Below, in pieces: positions 22,081 through 32,862 of a stretch of DNA of 64,000 nt. This DNA comes from an uncultured Candidatus Saccharibacteria bacterium (lineage in GTDB: Bacteria; Patescibacteriota; Minisyncoccia; Phycocordibacterales; UBA2135), in the NCBI GenBank assembly GCA_964348495.1, contig CAYGCZ010000001.1, positions 7,951 through 71,950 on the forward strand. Direction: 5' to 3'. The position numbers and the translations under genes were made by a program. Positions within the stretch are counted from its first letter, which is position 1; each line of letters starts with the position of its first letter. A model generated the notes under the pieces. That model worked only from the letters and a program-made list of their open reading frames with translations, did no database searches and was not told the DNA's origin.

Positions 22081-22500
22081 ATGCCTGTTTCTCAATCACC
22101 ATCTGTCGAAAAAAAGGAAGTGATCGGACCATTGTCACGCATTTTACTCGTAGAGGACGACATGTTCATCGCCCGCGCCTACGTTAGCGGTCTTGGTCAA
22201 AACGGTTTTGAGATACTCCATGCCGCTTCCGGAGAGCAAGCACTCCTCACGCTCGGAAAAGAAAAGATCGATCTGATCTTGCTCGATATCATCATGCCCG
22301 CCATGAACGGTTTTGAGGTATTGAAGGCCATCAAAGAGAACAGGGCGACCAAAAACATCCCCGTCATCGTCCTCTCCAATCTCGGACAAGAGTCCGATAT
22401 CCAAAAAAGTCGCGAACTTGGCGCGATCGACCACCTCGTAAAAGTCGATTATTCAATCGCCGATATTGCACAGAAGTTGCGCTCCCACCTTCATGCATGA
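22081..22500 (+). CDS. stand-alone response-regulator receiver domain (CheY-like)
   Basis: LLVEDD...DLILLDIIMP...VIVLSN...K. Its stop overlaps the pilB start (ATGA). Confidence 0.85.
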   Translation: MPVSQSPSVEKKEVIGPLSRILLVEDDMFIARAYVSGLGQNGFEILHAASGEQALLTLGKEKIDLILLDIIMPAMNGFEVLKAIKENRATKNIPVIVLSNLGQESDIQKSRELGAIDHLVKVDYSIADIAQKLRSHLHA

Positions 22501-24278
22501 CCAACGTCGTTACCATTGAACAACTGCGTGCCGCGTTGGTTCCTCCGGGGCATGTGAGCGAGGAAGATTTTGCGCGTGTCGTTATGAAGGCGCAGAAGCG
22601 CAATGTGCCGGTGGAGTATGTCCTTGTGGAGGATGATCTGGTGAGCGACGAAAACCTCGGCCGACTGATAGCCGAGACGATCGGCATACGTTTTGCCAAT
22701 CTGACCTACGAGAAGGTGGATCGCTCGGTCTTTTTTGCGATGCCGGAGATGGTGGCACGCGTGGCGCATGCCGCCGCAATCAATATGACTCCGGGAGGGG
22801 TGCGCGTCGCCATGCTCTATCCGACCGACATCGAGACGCTTCATCTTTTTGAAAAGCGCTATGGGACGTCGGTTATACCTCATTATGCTACGGCGCGCGC
22901 GCTTGAACGCACCTTTTCACTCTACAGCGGCGACTTGCAAAAGACCTTTGACGAGCTCTTGGCGCGCTTGCGCGATATCAATCTTACGCGCATAGAACGC
23001 GATCGTATGACCGTTGAGATGGTGGACGTGCTCTTGCATTATGGCTACCAAAACAACGCCTCCGACATCCACATCGAGCCCTTCACCAACGATTTACGGG
23101 TGCGTTTCCGCATTGACGGCATCATGCACGACGTACTCACCATTCCCAAAAACAGTCACGAGCTCATCCTGACACGCCTCAAGATACTCGCCAAGATGCG
23201 TACCGACGAGCACCGAGCCGCACAGGACGGCAAATTTCGTTTCTTCGTGCGCGACAGCACTGCCTTTGAAGGGCGCAATCTTATCGCAAGCGGCCATGTC
23301 GCGGCACGCGCAAAAACAGCCCTGCGCAAGAGTTCGGCGGATATCGTCGACGTGCGTGTCTCTATCGTCCCTATCACGGAGGGGGAAAACGTTGTGATGC
23401 GTCTTCTCTCCGCCAAAGGCCGCGAATACGGCCTCTCGACCATCGGCCTTTCACCCCAAGACAGCGCACGCATCCAGCGCGCCATCAAAAAGCCGCATGG
23501 TATGATCCTCGCCGTCGGTCCGACCGGATCGGGAAAGACGACGAGTATGTACGCCGTCTTGAAGCTTCTCAACACGCGAGAGGTACACATCGCCTCGATT
23601 GAGGATCCGGTCGAGTACGCGGTTGAGGGTGTGAGCCAGATCCAAGTAAACCCGCAGACAAATCTCACCTTCGCAAAAGGTCTCCGCGCGATTGTGCGTC
23701 AGGACCCGGATATCATCTTTGTCGGTGAAATTCGCGATGAAGAAACGGCGGGCATCGCAGTGAACTCAGCCATGACGGGACACCTTGTCCTCTCAACCCT
23801 CCACACCAACGATGCGGCGACGACGCTGCCCCGCCTCCTCGACATGGATATCGAGCCCTTCCTCATCGCCTCGACGATCAACGTCATTGTGGCCCAGCGT
23901 CTTGTCCGCAAGATCTGCGCAGGGTGTCGCGAGTCGGTTGTCTTGAACGACGAAGAGAAGCTCGCGCTCCAGTATGAGCCCGAGATCAAAAAGCTTTTCA
24001 TCAAGCTGGGCCAAAAGAACATCGACACTCTGCTTGTCTACAAGGGCAAGGGATGTAAGGCCTGCAACGATACGGGCTATGTCGGACGTATCGGGATCTT
24101 CGAAATCATGGAGGCCGATGAGGAGATCAAACGCCTCATCATCACCCGCGCATCAAGCGGTGAGATTGAAGAGACGGCCAAGAAGGCCGGTATGAGCACG
24201 ATGATGGAAGACGGATTACGCAAGGTCTTTGAGGGCATCACAACTTTGGAGGAGATCTTGCGCGTTACGAAGGCATAA
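22497..24278 (+). CDS. pilB: type IV pilus assembly ATPase PilB/GspE family
   Basis: Walker A GPTGSGKTT, Asp and His boxes, and the tetracysteine C-terminus CAGC...CKAC. Confidence 0.92.
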   Translation: MTNVVTIEQLRAALVPPGHVSEEDFARVVMKAQKRNVPVEYVLVEDDLVSDENLGRLIAETIGIRFANLTYEKVDRSVFFAMPEMVARVAHAAAINMTPGGVRVAMLYPTDIETLHLFEKRYGTSVIPHYATARALERTFSLYSGDLQKTFDELLARLRDINLTRIERDRMTVEMVDVLLHYGYQNNASDIHIEPFTNDLRVRFRIDGIMHDVLTIPKNSHELILTRLKILAKMRTDEHRAAQDGKFRFFVRDSTAFEGRNLIASGHVAARAKTALRKSSADIVDVRVSIVPITEGENVVMRLLSAKGREYGLSTIGLSPQDSARIQRAIKKPHGMILAVGPTGSGKTTSMYAVLKLLNTREVHIASIEDPVEYAVEGVSQIQVNPQTNLTFAKGLRAIVRQDPDIIFVGEIRDEETAGIAVNSAMTGHLVLSTLHTNDAATTLPRLLDMDIEPFLIASTINVIVAQRLVRKICAGCRESVVLNDEEKLALQYEPEIKKLFIKLGQKNIDTLLVYKGKGCKACNDTGYVGRIGIFEIMEADEEIKRLIITRASSGEIEETAKKAGMSTMMEDGLRKVFEGITTLEEILRVTKA

Positions 24279-24311
24279 TTACTTTTCGCCGCGAGAGCGG
24301 CATAGCATCAT

Positions 24312-25433
24312 ATGGCACTCGACAGTTCAAGCATGAGACAAGAGCGAGCTACGGCTCCGCAAGGCGGCCTGCTCCTTGCGCGCGTCTTGTATGGCAAGGT
24401 TACCCTCACCCAAAAGGCGCTTTTCGCCAAACATATGGCGGTCATGTTGCGTTCGGGTCTCACTATCACTGAGGCGTTACACACCGCGATCGACACCTCA
24501 AGCGGGCGTTTGAAGCAGATCATGAAAGAGGTCGAGCAATCGGTACAAGCGGGCAAGCCGCTCTCAACCGCACTTGCCGGTTATCAGGACGTCTTCTCAG
24601 ACCTCTTCGTCAATGTCGTCTATGTCGGCGAGGCCTCCGGAACTCTCGTGGAGAATCTTGAGAATCTCGCCGTCCAGATCGAGAAAGAGCGTGATCTGCG
24701 CGCAAAATTGCTTGGTGCCATGATCTACCCGATCATTGTCTTTTCGGCGACTTTCATTTTGAGCTTGGTGCTCGCCTTCGTCGTCCTGCCAAAATTGATT
24801 CCGCTCTTTCAGGGGCTGAAAGTTCAGTTGCCTCTCTCCACGCGTATTTTAATCGCGATGGCGGGCTTCATAGAGAATCATGTTTTTCTGATCGTCGGTT
24901 CGGTCTTTGGTACCCTTGCCGGTCTCACCTTTTTGGTCCGTCAACGCTTTGTGCGCCCGATTACGCACTATGTTTTGCTCAAGATACCGCTTATCGGCCC
25001 GGTGGTGCACGATGTCAATCTGGTGCTCTTTGCTCGCACCTTGCGCATGCTTCTTACAAGCGGTCTCAACATTGATGAGACGATTGAGATCGCCCACAAC
25101 GCCGTCAGCAACCACTATTATCAGCAGGCATTGCGCGATGTGAGCCGCGCTATCCGTACCGGTACCAAACTCTCCCAGAATCTTGCCCGTTACAACGACC
25201 TCTTTCCGCCGCTCGTCTCGCGCATGGTGCGCGTGGGTGAGGAGTCGGGACAGCTTGAGGAGACGCTTTCGTATCTTGAGAGTTTCTATGAAAAGGAGGT
25301 GGATAATTCCACCAAGACACTCTCCATTGCCATCGAGCCCGTCTTGCTCCTTGTCTTGGGCCTCGGCGTCGGCTTCTTGGCACTCTCGATTATCACGCCG
25401 ATCTACAGCATTACGGGTAGTATCGGCAAATAA
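24312..25433 (+). CDS. pilC: type IV pilus / T2SS platform protein PilC/GspF family
   Basis: Two GspF-like repeats with 3 TM segments. Confidence 0.88.
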   Translation: MALDSSSMRQERATAPQGGLLLARVLYGKVTLTQKALFAKHMAVMLRSGLTITEALHTAIDTSSGRLKQIMKEVEQSVQAGKPLSTALAGYQDVFSDLFVNVVYVGEASGTLVENLENLAVQIEKERDLRAKLLGAMIYPIIVFSATFILSLVLAFVVLPKLIPLFQGLKVQLPLSTRILIAMAGFIENHVFLIVGSVFGTLAGLTFLVRQRFVRPITHYVLLKIPLIGPVVHDVNLVLFARTLRMLLTSGLNIDETIEIAHNAVSNHYYQQALRDVSRAIRTGTKLSQNLARYNDLFPPLVSRMVRVGEESGQLEETLSYLESFYEKEVDNSTKTLSIAIEPVLLLVLGLGVGFLALSIITPIYSITGSIGK

Positions 25434-25440
25434 TAGCTCT

Positions 25441-25989
25441 ATGTATCAGATATCATATATCATATATCAGATATCGAAACAGGCGGGCCTGCCCGCCGCG
25501 CCTGCGCTCGGTCGTTCCTTGCGCTCCAGGGCGGGTTTTACCTTCATTGAACTCCTGATCGTGATCGGCGTTTCTCTGATTGTCTACGGCATGTCGCTTT
25601 CAGTATCGGTCCGCACTCAACCATCAATACAGGTAAGCGAATCGGCGGCGCATATCGTTCAGACGATTCGCATCGCCAAGAACGCAAGCCATGCGCGCTT
25701 TCACGGCGCGGCGCACGGGGTTTTCTTCGAAAATAATGCGACGAACAATGATCGCTATATCGCCTATCAAGGTGCCACCTACGCAACGCGCGATACGGCC
25801 TACGACAGTATCACCACACTGGATGCAGGGTTGTCGCTCTCAAGTACGTTCCCGTCGAGCGGCGATATTAATTTTTCAAAAGGGCTTGGCGTGCCGAGTG
25901 CCACGGGGACGGTATCGCTTATGCATGCTGTAACAGGTGAGACGAAGACCATAACCGTCAACGGCATTGGCGCGGTCAACAGTGATTAA
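25441..25989 (+). CDS. pseudopilin or minor pilin with prepilin-type N-terminal cleavage/methylation motif
   Basis: SRAG|FTFIELLIVIGVSLIVYG. The start was chosen at ATG 25441, within the longer ORF 25183..25989 that overlaps pilC. Confidence 0.7.
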   Translation: MYQISYIIYQISKQAGLPAAPALGRSLRSRAGFTFIELLIVIGVSLIVYGMSLSVSVRTQPSIQVSESAAHIVQTIRIAKNASHARFHGAAHGVFFENNATNNDRYIAYQGATYATRDTAYDSITTLDAGLSLSSTFPSSGDINFSKGLGVPSATGTVSLMHAVTGETKTITVNGIGAVNSD

Positions 25990-25990
25990 C

Positions 25991-28900
25991 ATGCAGAAGT
26001 ATACGCTTCGAAGAGGTCAGACGTTGCTGGAGGCGATCATCGCGATTGCGCTTTTCGCTTTGTTGGTGAGTGCGATGGTCTCAATCGGTACGGGTGGATT
26101 TGTCGGTATTGATCGCGGCGGTGATCAGACGGAGGCCGAGTCGCTCGCCCAGGAGGGATTGGAGGCGGTACGCGCCATTCGCGACGACGCATGGCGCCGG
26201 CTCGCCTTCTCCACGAGCTCGGTCGCCGTCTCCGCCGGCGGATGGATCTTCAGCGGGGAGGGGACGACGGAAACGGTCGGCGACTTCACCCGCACCATCT
26301 CTCTGCGCGATGTCTGCCGCGACGGGTCAAACAACCTTACCGCCTGCCCGGGATCCTTTGTTGATCTGCATACCAAAGAGATCGTCGTAACGGTAACCTG
26401 GCAGACCAGTACCGGTATTGTGAACAGTATAGAGCGTTCAATGTACCTCTCCAATTGGCAATCGCGCGATTGGACGCAGACCGATTGGTCGGGCGGCTCC
26501 GGCTTCACGACATGGTCTGATGCTACGCCCACCAGGTACAACCTCAACGACGGCGGCATCGACCATGCGACGGCGGGGCAATTCTCTATCGCGTCCGTTC
26601 CGTCGGGAGGGAGTATCGGCCGATGGATCCCCGGTGGCGGTACATCGGTTACCCATACTTCAGCATCACACTTTAATGCAGGGACGTTCGCGAGTACGAC
26701 AGTATCCGGCAGTGGTAATGCGGCTCTTGTTCAGCTTGCCACGCAAGTCCAATGGTCAACGTTTATCCCCACCTCCGAGAGCGGCGATCCGCGCGGATTG
26801 AACGACCTTGAATTCGGCTCCGACCTCGTCGTCTCCGAGTTCGGCTATGCTGTCGGTAAGAATGGAACCATCATGAAGTGGGATGGTGCATCATGGGGAG
26901 CACAGACGAGCGGCACTACTCAGGAGTTGCACGGCGTTTCTATCATGGACAGCGCGGACGTATGGGCTGTGGGCGATAACGGTACGATCATGCATTGGAA
27001 CGGTTTCAGCTGGTCGAGCGTGCAGTCGGCGTCGGTCAAGAGCCTGCTGGATGTCTTCTTGACTTCGGAGACTGATGGATGGATCGTCGGTGCAGGTGGC
27101 GATATTCAGCGGTGGAATGGCGCCATCTGGACAGCATTTATCTCACCGACGAGCCGCAACATGTACAGCTTGGATTTTGTGACCGTCAACGATGGCTGGT
27201 CCGTCGGTGCCAACGGCGAGATTATGCGCTGGAACGGTACGAGCTGGAGCGTTGTCGTCTCTCCCACGACTCAAGCACTCAACGACGTGCACCTCTACGA
27301 TGCTTCCAACGGATGGGCGGTAGGCAACAATGGCGCGATTCTGCGCTGGAATGGCACCATCTGGACATCGCAGACCGCCCCCGACAATACTGAGCTTTTC
27401 GGTGTCTATGCCGTCTCTGCGACGGAGGCGTGGGCGACGGGCAATAGCGGTACGCTCATTCACACCACTAATAGTGGCGCTACCTGGTCGCTCGTATCGG
27501 TCGCTACGAGCGACCCTCTGCGCGATATTTATATGATCAGTGCCTCCAATGGCCAGTTCGTCGGCGGTTCTCCGACCGTCCCCACCATTTTCCAATACGA
27601 CGGGGTGAATTGGACCGATATTTCAGGCGTCCTCAACAACGACGCCATTTACGACATATCAATGATCAGTTCAAGTGATGGTTGGGCTTCCGGCAACGCA
27701 GGACTCATTCTTCATTGGAATGGCAACGACTGGCTCTCGGTAACATCACCGACCAACAGCGACCTCCAGACTATCGACATGGTCGATGCTTCCAACGGTT
27801 TTGCCGCCGGACAAAATGGCAAGATTGTTCATTACAACGGCTCATCGTGGTCGTTGCAGACCTCGGGGGTGAGCGCAACCCTCTTGGGTTCATCTGCAGT
27901 AAGCGCCTCGACGGCATGGATCGTCGGCAACTCGGGCACGATCCTCAAGACGATAAATAGCGGCTCGACATGGTCTGCTCAGACGAGCCCTGTCGGTTCA
28001 AGTTTGCGGAGCGTCTATGCGGTGGATACCTCCAACGCATGGGCAGTCGGTGCGGCCGGCGTTATCTTGAGTACGAGCAATGGCGGTACGACATGGACAC
28101 AACGGACGAGCGGGACAACAAACACTCTCAACGGTGTGCATTTCGTGGACACATCCAACGGATGGGCGGTAGGTAATAACGGTACAATACGCAAGACCAA
28201 TAATGCCGGCGTTACTTGGACGACCGTAACGAGCGGCACGACCAACGACCTGCTTGCGGTGTACTTTACGAGCATCTCCGACGGTTGGGCAGTCGGTGTC
28301 AACAGCGTTCTTTTGCACTGGAACGGCGTCTCGTGGACGACGGTAACGTCGCCCGTTTCCGAAGATATGCATACGGTCGCGATGGTCAACGGCTCCGATG
28401 TCTGGGCCGCGGGTCAATCATCGGTCTTCATTCACTATGGCTTGTCATATTATCTTTCGGGTACCTTCACCTCCTCCGTTATAGACAGCGGGGATGTCTC
28501 GGCGAGCTGGGACTTCATCAAGTGGACGGAGAATATCAACGCCGGATGGACGGATATCACCGTGGATACGCGGACGGGTAATACCTCCACACCGGATGCT
28601 ACTTGGTCCGCCTTCGTCGGCGGGTATACCGATCCGCTTGGCGATCCGATCATCTCACCCGACAGCCGCTACATCCAATATCGTGTCAGTTTTACTACCA
28701 TTGATAGTCAACAGACATCAACCTTGAGCGACCTCACTATCGACTATAACAACCCCACAACACAAGATCTCTACGGCGTGGAGATGCTCTCGGCATCGTC
28801 GGGCTTCGCGAGTGGCGGCGCACGGACGGTCTTTGAATACGACGGCGTCGCGTGGAGCGAGCAAACGAGCGGCGCGGCGGTCATCATGCGCGATGTTGAT

Positions 28901-29929
28901 TTTGTTACCAGTTCTACGGGATGGGCCGTAGGTGACGGGGGTGTTATTATAAAAACGACCAACGGCGGTTCAAGCTTCAGCACGCAGACGAGCGGTACGG
29001 CGCTCAATTTGAACGGCGTCGCGTTTGTCGACGCAAACAACGGCTGGGCTGTCGGCAATACAGGGGCGATCCGCGCGACAGTAAACGGCGGCAGTACGTG
29101 GTCGGGGCAGACGAGTGGCACGACAGCGAACTTGCAAGACGTTTTCTTTGTCAGTACGACTGAGGGCTGGGCCGTTGGCGCGGCGGGTACGATCTTGCAT
29201 ACGGTAAACGGCGGCAGTACGTGGTCTTCCCAGACGAGCGGCACGACCAATGGATTGAACGACCTCTTTTTTACCGGCAGTACGACCGGATGGACCGTCG
29301 GCAACGGTGGCGTAATACGTCAAACGACCAACGGCGGCTCGACGTGGGTAGCACGCACCTCGCAGACGACCAACAATCTCTACGGTCTCGGCTTCTTCGG
29401 TACCAACAACGGCTGGGCGGTCGGCGCGGCGGGGACGATCATGCGCTATGCCGGTATTGACTGGGCACTCTTCACCTCGCCGGTAACGGTAGATCTCCAA
29501 GATGTATCATTCAGTACGGCGACCGATGGCTGGGGTGTCGGTGCAGGGGGTCTTTTCATTCACTTCACCATCAATGAAGTGGCGACACCCTACCTCACCT
29601 CCGGCGTGCTTACCTCATCGGGCTTTGACATGGGCGATACCCAAGCGGCTGTCAATACGCTCGACTGGGATGAGCTTATTCCCTCGTGTTCGCCCGTGTG
29701 CACCGTGCGCTTTCAGCTCTCCACCGCTCCCGACAGCGGGGGAGTACCCGGGACATTTAGCTCGTGGTACGGAGCGGCCGGTATCAATACCTACTTCACC
29801 CATGCGACGAGTGGGGTAGCGGTGCCGACCTCCCTGCCGACAAACCGCTGGGTGCGCTATCGCACACTCCTCGATAGCGACGGCAGTGCGACGCCGACCG
29901 TCTATGAGATGCGGCTTAATTATCAATGA
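25991..29929 (+). CDS. giant pilin-like protein: prepilin-type N-terminus followed by ~20 Ycf48/BNR-like beta-propeller repeats (putative pilus tip adhesin)
   Basis: RRG|QTLLEAIIAIALFALLV. Repeats of the form TxNGGxTWxxQTSGTTxxLxxVxFVDxxNGWAVGxxGTI are numerous. Confidence 0.75.
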   Translation: MQKYTLRRGQTLLEAIIAIALFALLVSAMVSIGTGGFVGIDRGGDQTEAESLAQEGLEAVRAIRDDAWRRLAFSTSSVAVSAGGWIFSGEGTTETVGDFTRTISLRDVCRDGSNNLTACPGSFVDLHTKEIVVTVTWQTSTGIVNSIERSMYLSNWQSRDWTQTDWSGGSGFTTWSDATPTRYNLNDGGIDHATAGQFSIASVPSGGSIGRWIPGGGTSVTHTSASHFNAGTFASTTVSGSGNAALVQLATQVQWSTFIPTSESGDPRGLNDLEFGSDLVVSEFGYAVGKNGTIMKWDGASWGAQTSGTTQELHGVSIMDSADVWAVGDNGTIMHWNGFSWSSVQSASVKSLLDVFLTSETDGWIVGAGGDIQRWNGAIWTAFISPTSRNMYSLDFVTVNDGWSVGANGEIMRWNGTSWSVVVSPTTQALNDVHLYDASNGWAVGNNGAILRWNGTIWTSQTAPDNTELFGVYAVSATEAWATGNSGTLIHTTNSGATWSLVSVATSDPLRDIYMISASNGQFVGGSPTVPTIFQYDGVNWTDISGVLNNDAIYDISMISSSDGWASGNAGLILHWNGNDWLSVTSPTNSDLQTIDMVDASNGFAAGQNGKIVHYNGSSWSLQTSGVSATLLGSSAVSASTAWIVGNSGTILKTINSGSTWSAQTSPVGSSLRSVYAVDTSNAWAVGAAGVILSTSNGGTTWTQRTSGTTNTLNGVHFVDTSNGWAVGNNGTIRKTNNAGVTWTTVTSGTTNDLLAVYFTSISDGWAVGVNSVLLHWNGVSWTTVTSPVSEDMHTVAMVNGSDVWAAGQSSVFIHYGLSYYLSGTFTSSVIDSGDVSASWDFIKWTENINAGWTDITVDTRTGNTSTPDATWSAFVGGYTDPLGDPIISPDSRYIQYRVSFTTIDSQQTSTLSDLTIDYNNPTTQDLYGVEMLSASSGFASGGARTVFEYDGVAWSEQTSGAAVIMRDVDFVTSSTGWAVGDGGVIIKTTNGGSSFSTQTSGTALNLNGVAFVDANNGWAVGNTGAIRATVNGGSTWSGQTSGTTANLQDVFFVSTTEGWAVGAAGTILHTVNGGSTWSSQTSGTTNGLNDLFFTGSTTGWTVGNGGVIRQTTNGGSTWVARTSQTTNNLYGLGFFGTNNGWAVGAAGTIMRYAGIDWALFTSPVTVDLQDVSFSTATDGWGVGAGGLFIHFTINEVATPYLTSGVLTSSGFDMGDTQAAVNTLDWDELIPSCSPVCTVRFQLSTAPDSGGVPGTFSSWYGAAGINTYFTHATSGVAVPTSLPTNRWVRYRTLLDSDGSATPTVYEMRLNYQ

Positions 29930-29994
29930 ATATGAAGTATCCAGTAAGAAGCATAGAGCGCGGATCAGTCGTATATCGCCGTGCGTGCGCCGAT

Positions 29995-30495
29995 ATGCGG
30001 GGCGTAACGCTCATGGAGTTTCTCGTCTACATCGCCATCATAAGCGGCGTCGCTTTGGCATTCGTTACTTTTTCACTCGCGATCCTCAATACCAAGAGTA
30101 AGACGTATGTGGTCCAAGAAGTCTATGCCAACGAGCGTATCGCATTGGACATCATGACGCGCAAGATACGCGCGGCGACGAGCATCATGATCTCCTCCTC
30201 AACCTTCGACATCGATCCGGGGGTGTTGGTCTTCCATACCGATGCCTCCTCAACCGACCCCACGATCATCGACCTCTCGGCGGACAATGGCTCATTGCGC
30301 ATCACCGAAGGGACATCCTCGCCGGTCTTGATCACAAGCGACCAGGTCTATGTTACCAACCTGCAATTCACCAATCTGACCGCCTCCTCAACCTATGAGA
30401 ACGTACGCATAGAGCTGACCATGGCATATGCCTCGTCATCGCTGCTCACGACGGCACAGGTGAGCGCGCGCACGGCGGTCAGTCTGCGCAATTAA
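29995..30495 (+). CDS. pseudopilin or minor pilin
   Basis: MRG|VTLMEFLVYIAIISGVALAF prepilin-type motif. Confidence 0.65.
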   Translation: MRGVTLMEFLVYIAIISGVALAFVTFSLAILNTKSKTYVVQEVYANERIALDIMTRKIRAATSIMISSSTFDIDPGVLVFHTDASSTDPTIIDLSADNGSLRITEGTSSPVLITSDQVYVTNLQFTNLTASSTYENVRIELTMAYASSSLLTTAQVSARTAVSLRN

Positions 30496-30500
30496 TACGT

Positions 30501-30911
30501 ATGCATTCATCACGCTATCATCGCATCACATCGGGCTTCATGGCACTGCTCGCCGTCGTTATTATCGGCGCGGCGTCTCTGCTTGTGGTTTTGAACGCCT
30601 CCACACTCGGGCTGGGCGATCTTGATTTCGGGTATACCTCGCAAAAGGGTGCTGAAGCCCTCGCGCTCGCTGATGGATGCATGGAAGAAACCTTTCGCCG
30701 TATTCGGCTCTACCCGAGCTATGGGGTTGGATCAGGCACCATTACTTTGTCTCTTGCCTCCGGTTCTTGTACAATTGACGTAAGCGGCGTCAATCCGGCG
30801 CGCACCGTCGTCGTTACCGGCATCGTCGGTGAGTATCAGAAAAAATTGGAAGCCAATCTGACACTCTCCGGATCGACGATCACTCTCGTCTCGTGGAAGG
30901 AGCGCGAGTAA
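30501..30911 (+). CDS. pilus-associated PilX-like minor pilin (no Glu at +5)
   Basis: SGFMALLAVVIIGAASLLVVL hydrophobic N-terminus followed by a small beta-rich domain. Confidence 0.45.
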   Translation: MHSSRYHRITSGFMALLAVVIIGAASLLVVLNASTLGLGDLDFGYTSQKGAEALALADGCMEETFRRIRLYPSYGVGSGTITLSLASGSCTIDVSGVNPARTVVVTGIVGEYQKKLEANLTLSGSTITLVSWKERE

Positions 30912-30944
30912 TCGCGCACAGCACTCCAACCCCCCACTTCGCTC

Positions 30945-32138
30945 ATGAGTCCTCTTGGCACCATCTCACAACTCTTCTCGCAACCCGGTACAAGCGGTGT
31001 TGGTCTTGAAATATCCGACACATCGGTCAAGATCGCTTCATTGCGCATCAATCGCAGTCGTTTCGCCGTCTCGGGGGTGGGGGGTGCTCCTTTGGAGCTC
31101 GGCACCGTCGTGAAAGGCAAGATTAAAGATAGGGAGCGTTTGGGTCAAGCACTTCGCCTCGCCGCTTCATCGGCGCAACCTACGCCAGTCGCCTTGCAGT
31201 CGCTCATTTTCGCGGTGCCCGAATATCTCGTCTATACCTATTCGTTCTTCCTGACGCGCCAGGCATTCGAAGATACCGTCAAGAGCAAGAAGCTTGAGAC
31301 ATTGATCCGCAATGCCGCAGAGCGTTATATTCCCATCGGGTCAAAAGATCTGCTTATTACGCATCGTATAACGCGTCGCAGGGATCAGACCGTGCAGATC
31401 TTCGTCGTCGGTACGGAACGCAGCGCCCTTCTTGAGTGGGATGCATTCTTTAAAAGTATCGGCATCGTATCGGTCATTTTCGATATTCCCGCTTTTGCAA
31501 CTTTTCGGGTGCTTTTTGCCGAATCTCAAAAGAACGGCGCGTGTATCATCGACATCGGCGATACGGTAACCACCGTTTTTCTTTTCAATGCCGACGGACT
31601 GGTGCATTCGTATCTCCTTGTTCGTGGTGGCGAAACCATCACGACAGCACTTATGTCGAAACTTTCGATATCGCATAATGACGCCGAAGAGATAAAGCGT
31701 ATCGTCGGGCTCTCCGATCCTGCACATGCCGCGTATCCGATACTTGTCGAGCAGGTACAACCGATTCTTGCTGATGTCGCGCGAACCCTCCTCTTTTTCC
31801 AAAAGAATTCCGGCCTCTCCATACCCGAGGCAATATCCATCGGCGGAACGAGTGTCATGCCCGGCTATGCGGAGTATGCATCGTCGGCGGTCGGTATTCC
31901 GGTACGCATCGGGGGTATTCCTCATGAATCGGACGCAAAAGCGGGCGGTATTGACGGGTATATGCAGGTGATCGGAATGGCTATGCGTGCTCTGGACAAA
32001 CGCTGGGAGCGAACCGATCCGGCGTTCACTTCCGCTCAATTGATCGTCAAAGAAGATGAACATAGCGAGGGCGCAGCATCGACTGAAACTCCGGAATCGA
32101 CGTTTGTCCGTTTGAGGAAGCAAATCTTCAAGATATGA
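30945..32138 (+). CDS. pilM: type IV pilus assembly protein PilM (actin-like ATPase fold)
   Basis: VGLEISDTSVKIASL... N-terminal actin-fold motif and the expected size. No pilN or pilO follows. Confidence 0.6.
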   Translation: MSPLGTISQLFSQPGTSGVGLEISDTSVKIASLRINRSRFAVSGVGGAPLELGTVVKGKIKDRERLGQALRLAASSAQPTPVALQSLIFAVPEYLVYTYSFFLTRQAFEDTVKSKKLETLIRNAAERYIPIGSKDLLITHRITRRRDQTVQIFVVGTERSALLEWDAFFKSIGIVSVIFDIPAFATFRVLFAESQKNGACIIDIGDTVTTVFLFNADGLVHSYLLVRGGETITTALMSKLSISHNDAEEIKRIVGLSDPAHAAYPILVEQVQPILADVARTLLFFQKNSGLSIPEAISIGGTSVMPGYAEYASSAVGIPVRIGGIPHESDAKAGGIDGYMQVIGMAMRALDKRWERTDPAFTSAQLIVKEDEHSEGAASTETPESTFVRLRKQIFKI

Positions 32139-32188
32139 TATAGGTATGCACGGCGTCTCGTCTGTGCTGTGAGTATTGGAGTATTGCA

Positions 32189-32719
32189 ATGAGTTTTCAC
32201 TATCTTCAAAAATCGACAAGCTCAAAACTGCATACGCAGAAAGGTTTCACCTTGCTGGAGCTCTTGCTCGTGGTGGCAATCATCGCCATTCTCGCCTCGG
32301 TTATCTTTGTTGTTCTCGATCCGCCCACTCGTTTCAAGAATACACGCGATTCAGCGCGATTTACCGATGTAAGAGCTATAAGCAACGCCATTAAGCTTGA
32401 TCAGTTGGACAACGGCGGCGATTATCTCCATGCGATAGCTTCCATAACCGCCGATACCCCGTACATTATAAGCAATGCAACCACTACCGCAGGATGTATT
32501 GTAACCTGCGATGTAACGATCACCGCCGGCGACCATTGCGTAAATCTGACCGGTTTGGTTACTTCAGGCCATCTTGGTCAGATACCGATAAGCCCCGAAG
32601 GTACGGGGACGTGGACTTCAGCCGTAACCGGATACTACGTCCAGCGTAACACCAACGGCTCCATCTCGGTGGGCGCCTGTGAGTCAGAGAATATTTCAAC
32701 GATTGTTACTATCCAGTAA
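32189..32719 (+). CDS. type IV pilin (major pilin candidate 1)
   Basis: KG|FTLLELLLVVAIIAILASV class III signal with C-terminal Cys pair. Confidence 0.8.
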   Translation: MSFHYLQKSTSSKLHTQKGFTLLELLLVVAIIAILASVIFVVLDPPTRFKNTRDSARFTDVRAISNAIKLDQLDNGGDYLHAIASITADTPYIISNATTTAGCIVTCDVTITAGDHCVNLTGLVTSGHLGQIPISPEGTGTWTSAVTGYYVQRNTNGSISVGACESENISTIVTIQ

Positions 32720-32862
32720 TCCACATGTTTCCCGCGCATGCTCGTGGAAGTGCTCTCTCAGGTCTAGTATACTGAAAGCAGTCATGCTGGGGGTGAGCAT
32801 GTATCTCCCCGTCTTTCGTGTATAGGCCCGACGCGCATGAGTTTAATCATCTAGCAGTATTT

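Noticed and set aside
26070-29500. Numerous 60-180-aa ORFs on both strands inside the giant pilin-like gene
   Set aside because: They are artefacts of the repetitive GC-rich coding sequence. The single long frame with a prepilin signal and repeated propeller blades is the real gene.
31341-32225. 294-aa minus-strand ORF overlapping pilM
   Set aside because: Antisense to pilM, with no recognisable domain. The pilM frame has the N-terminal actin-fold motif and fits locus synteny.
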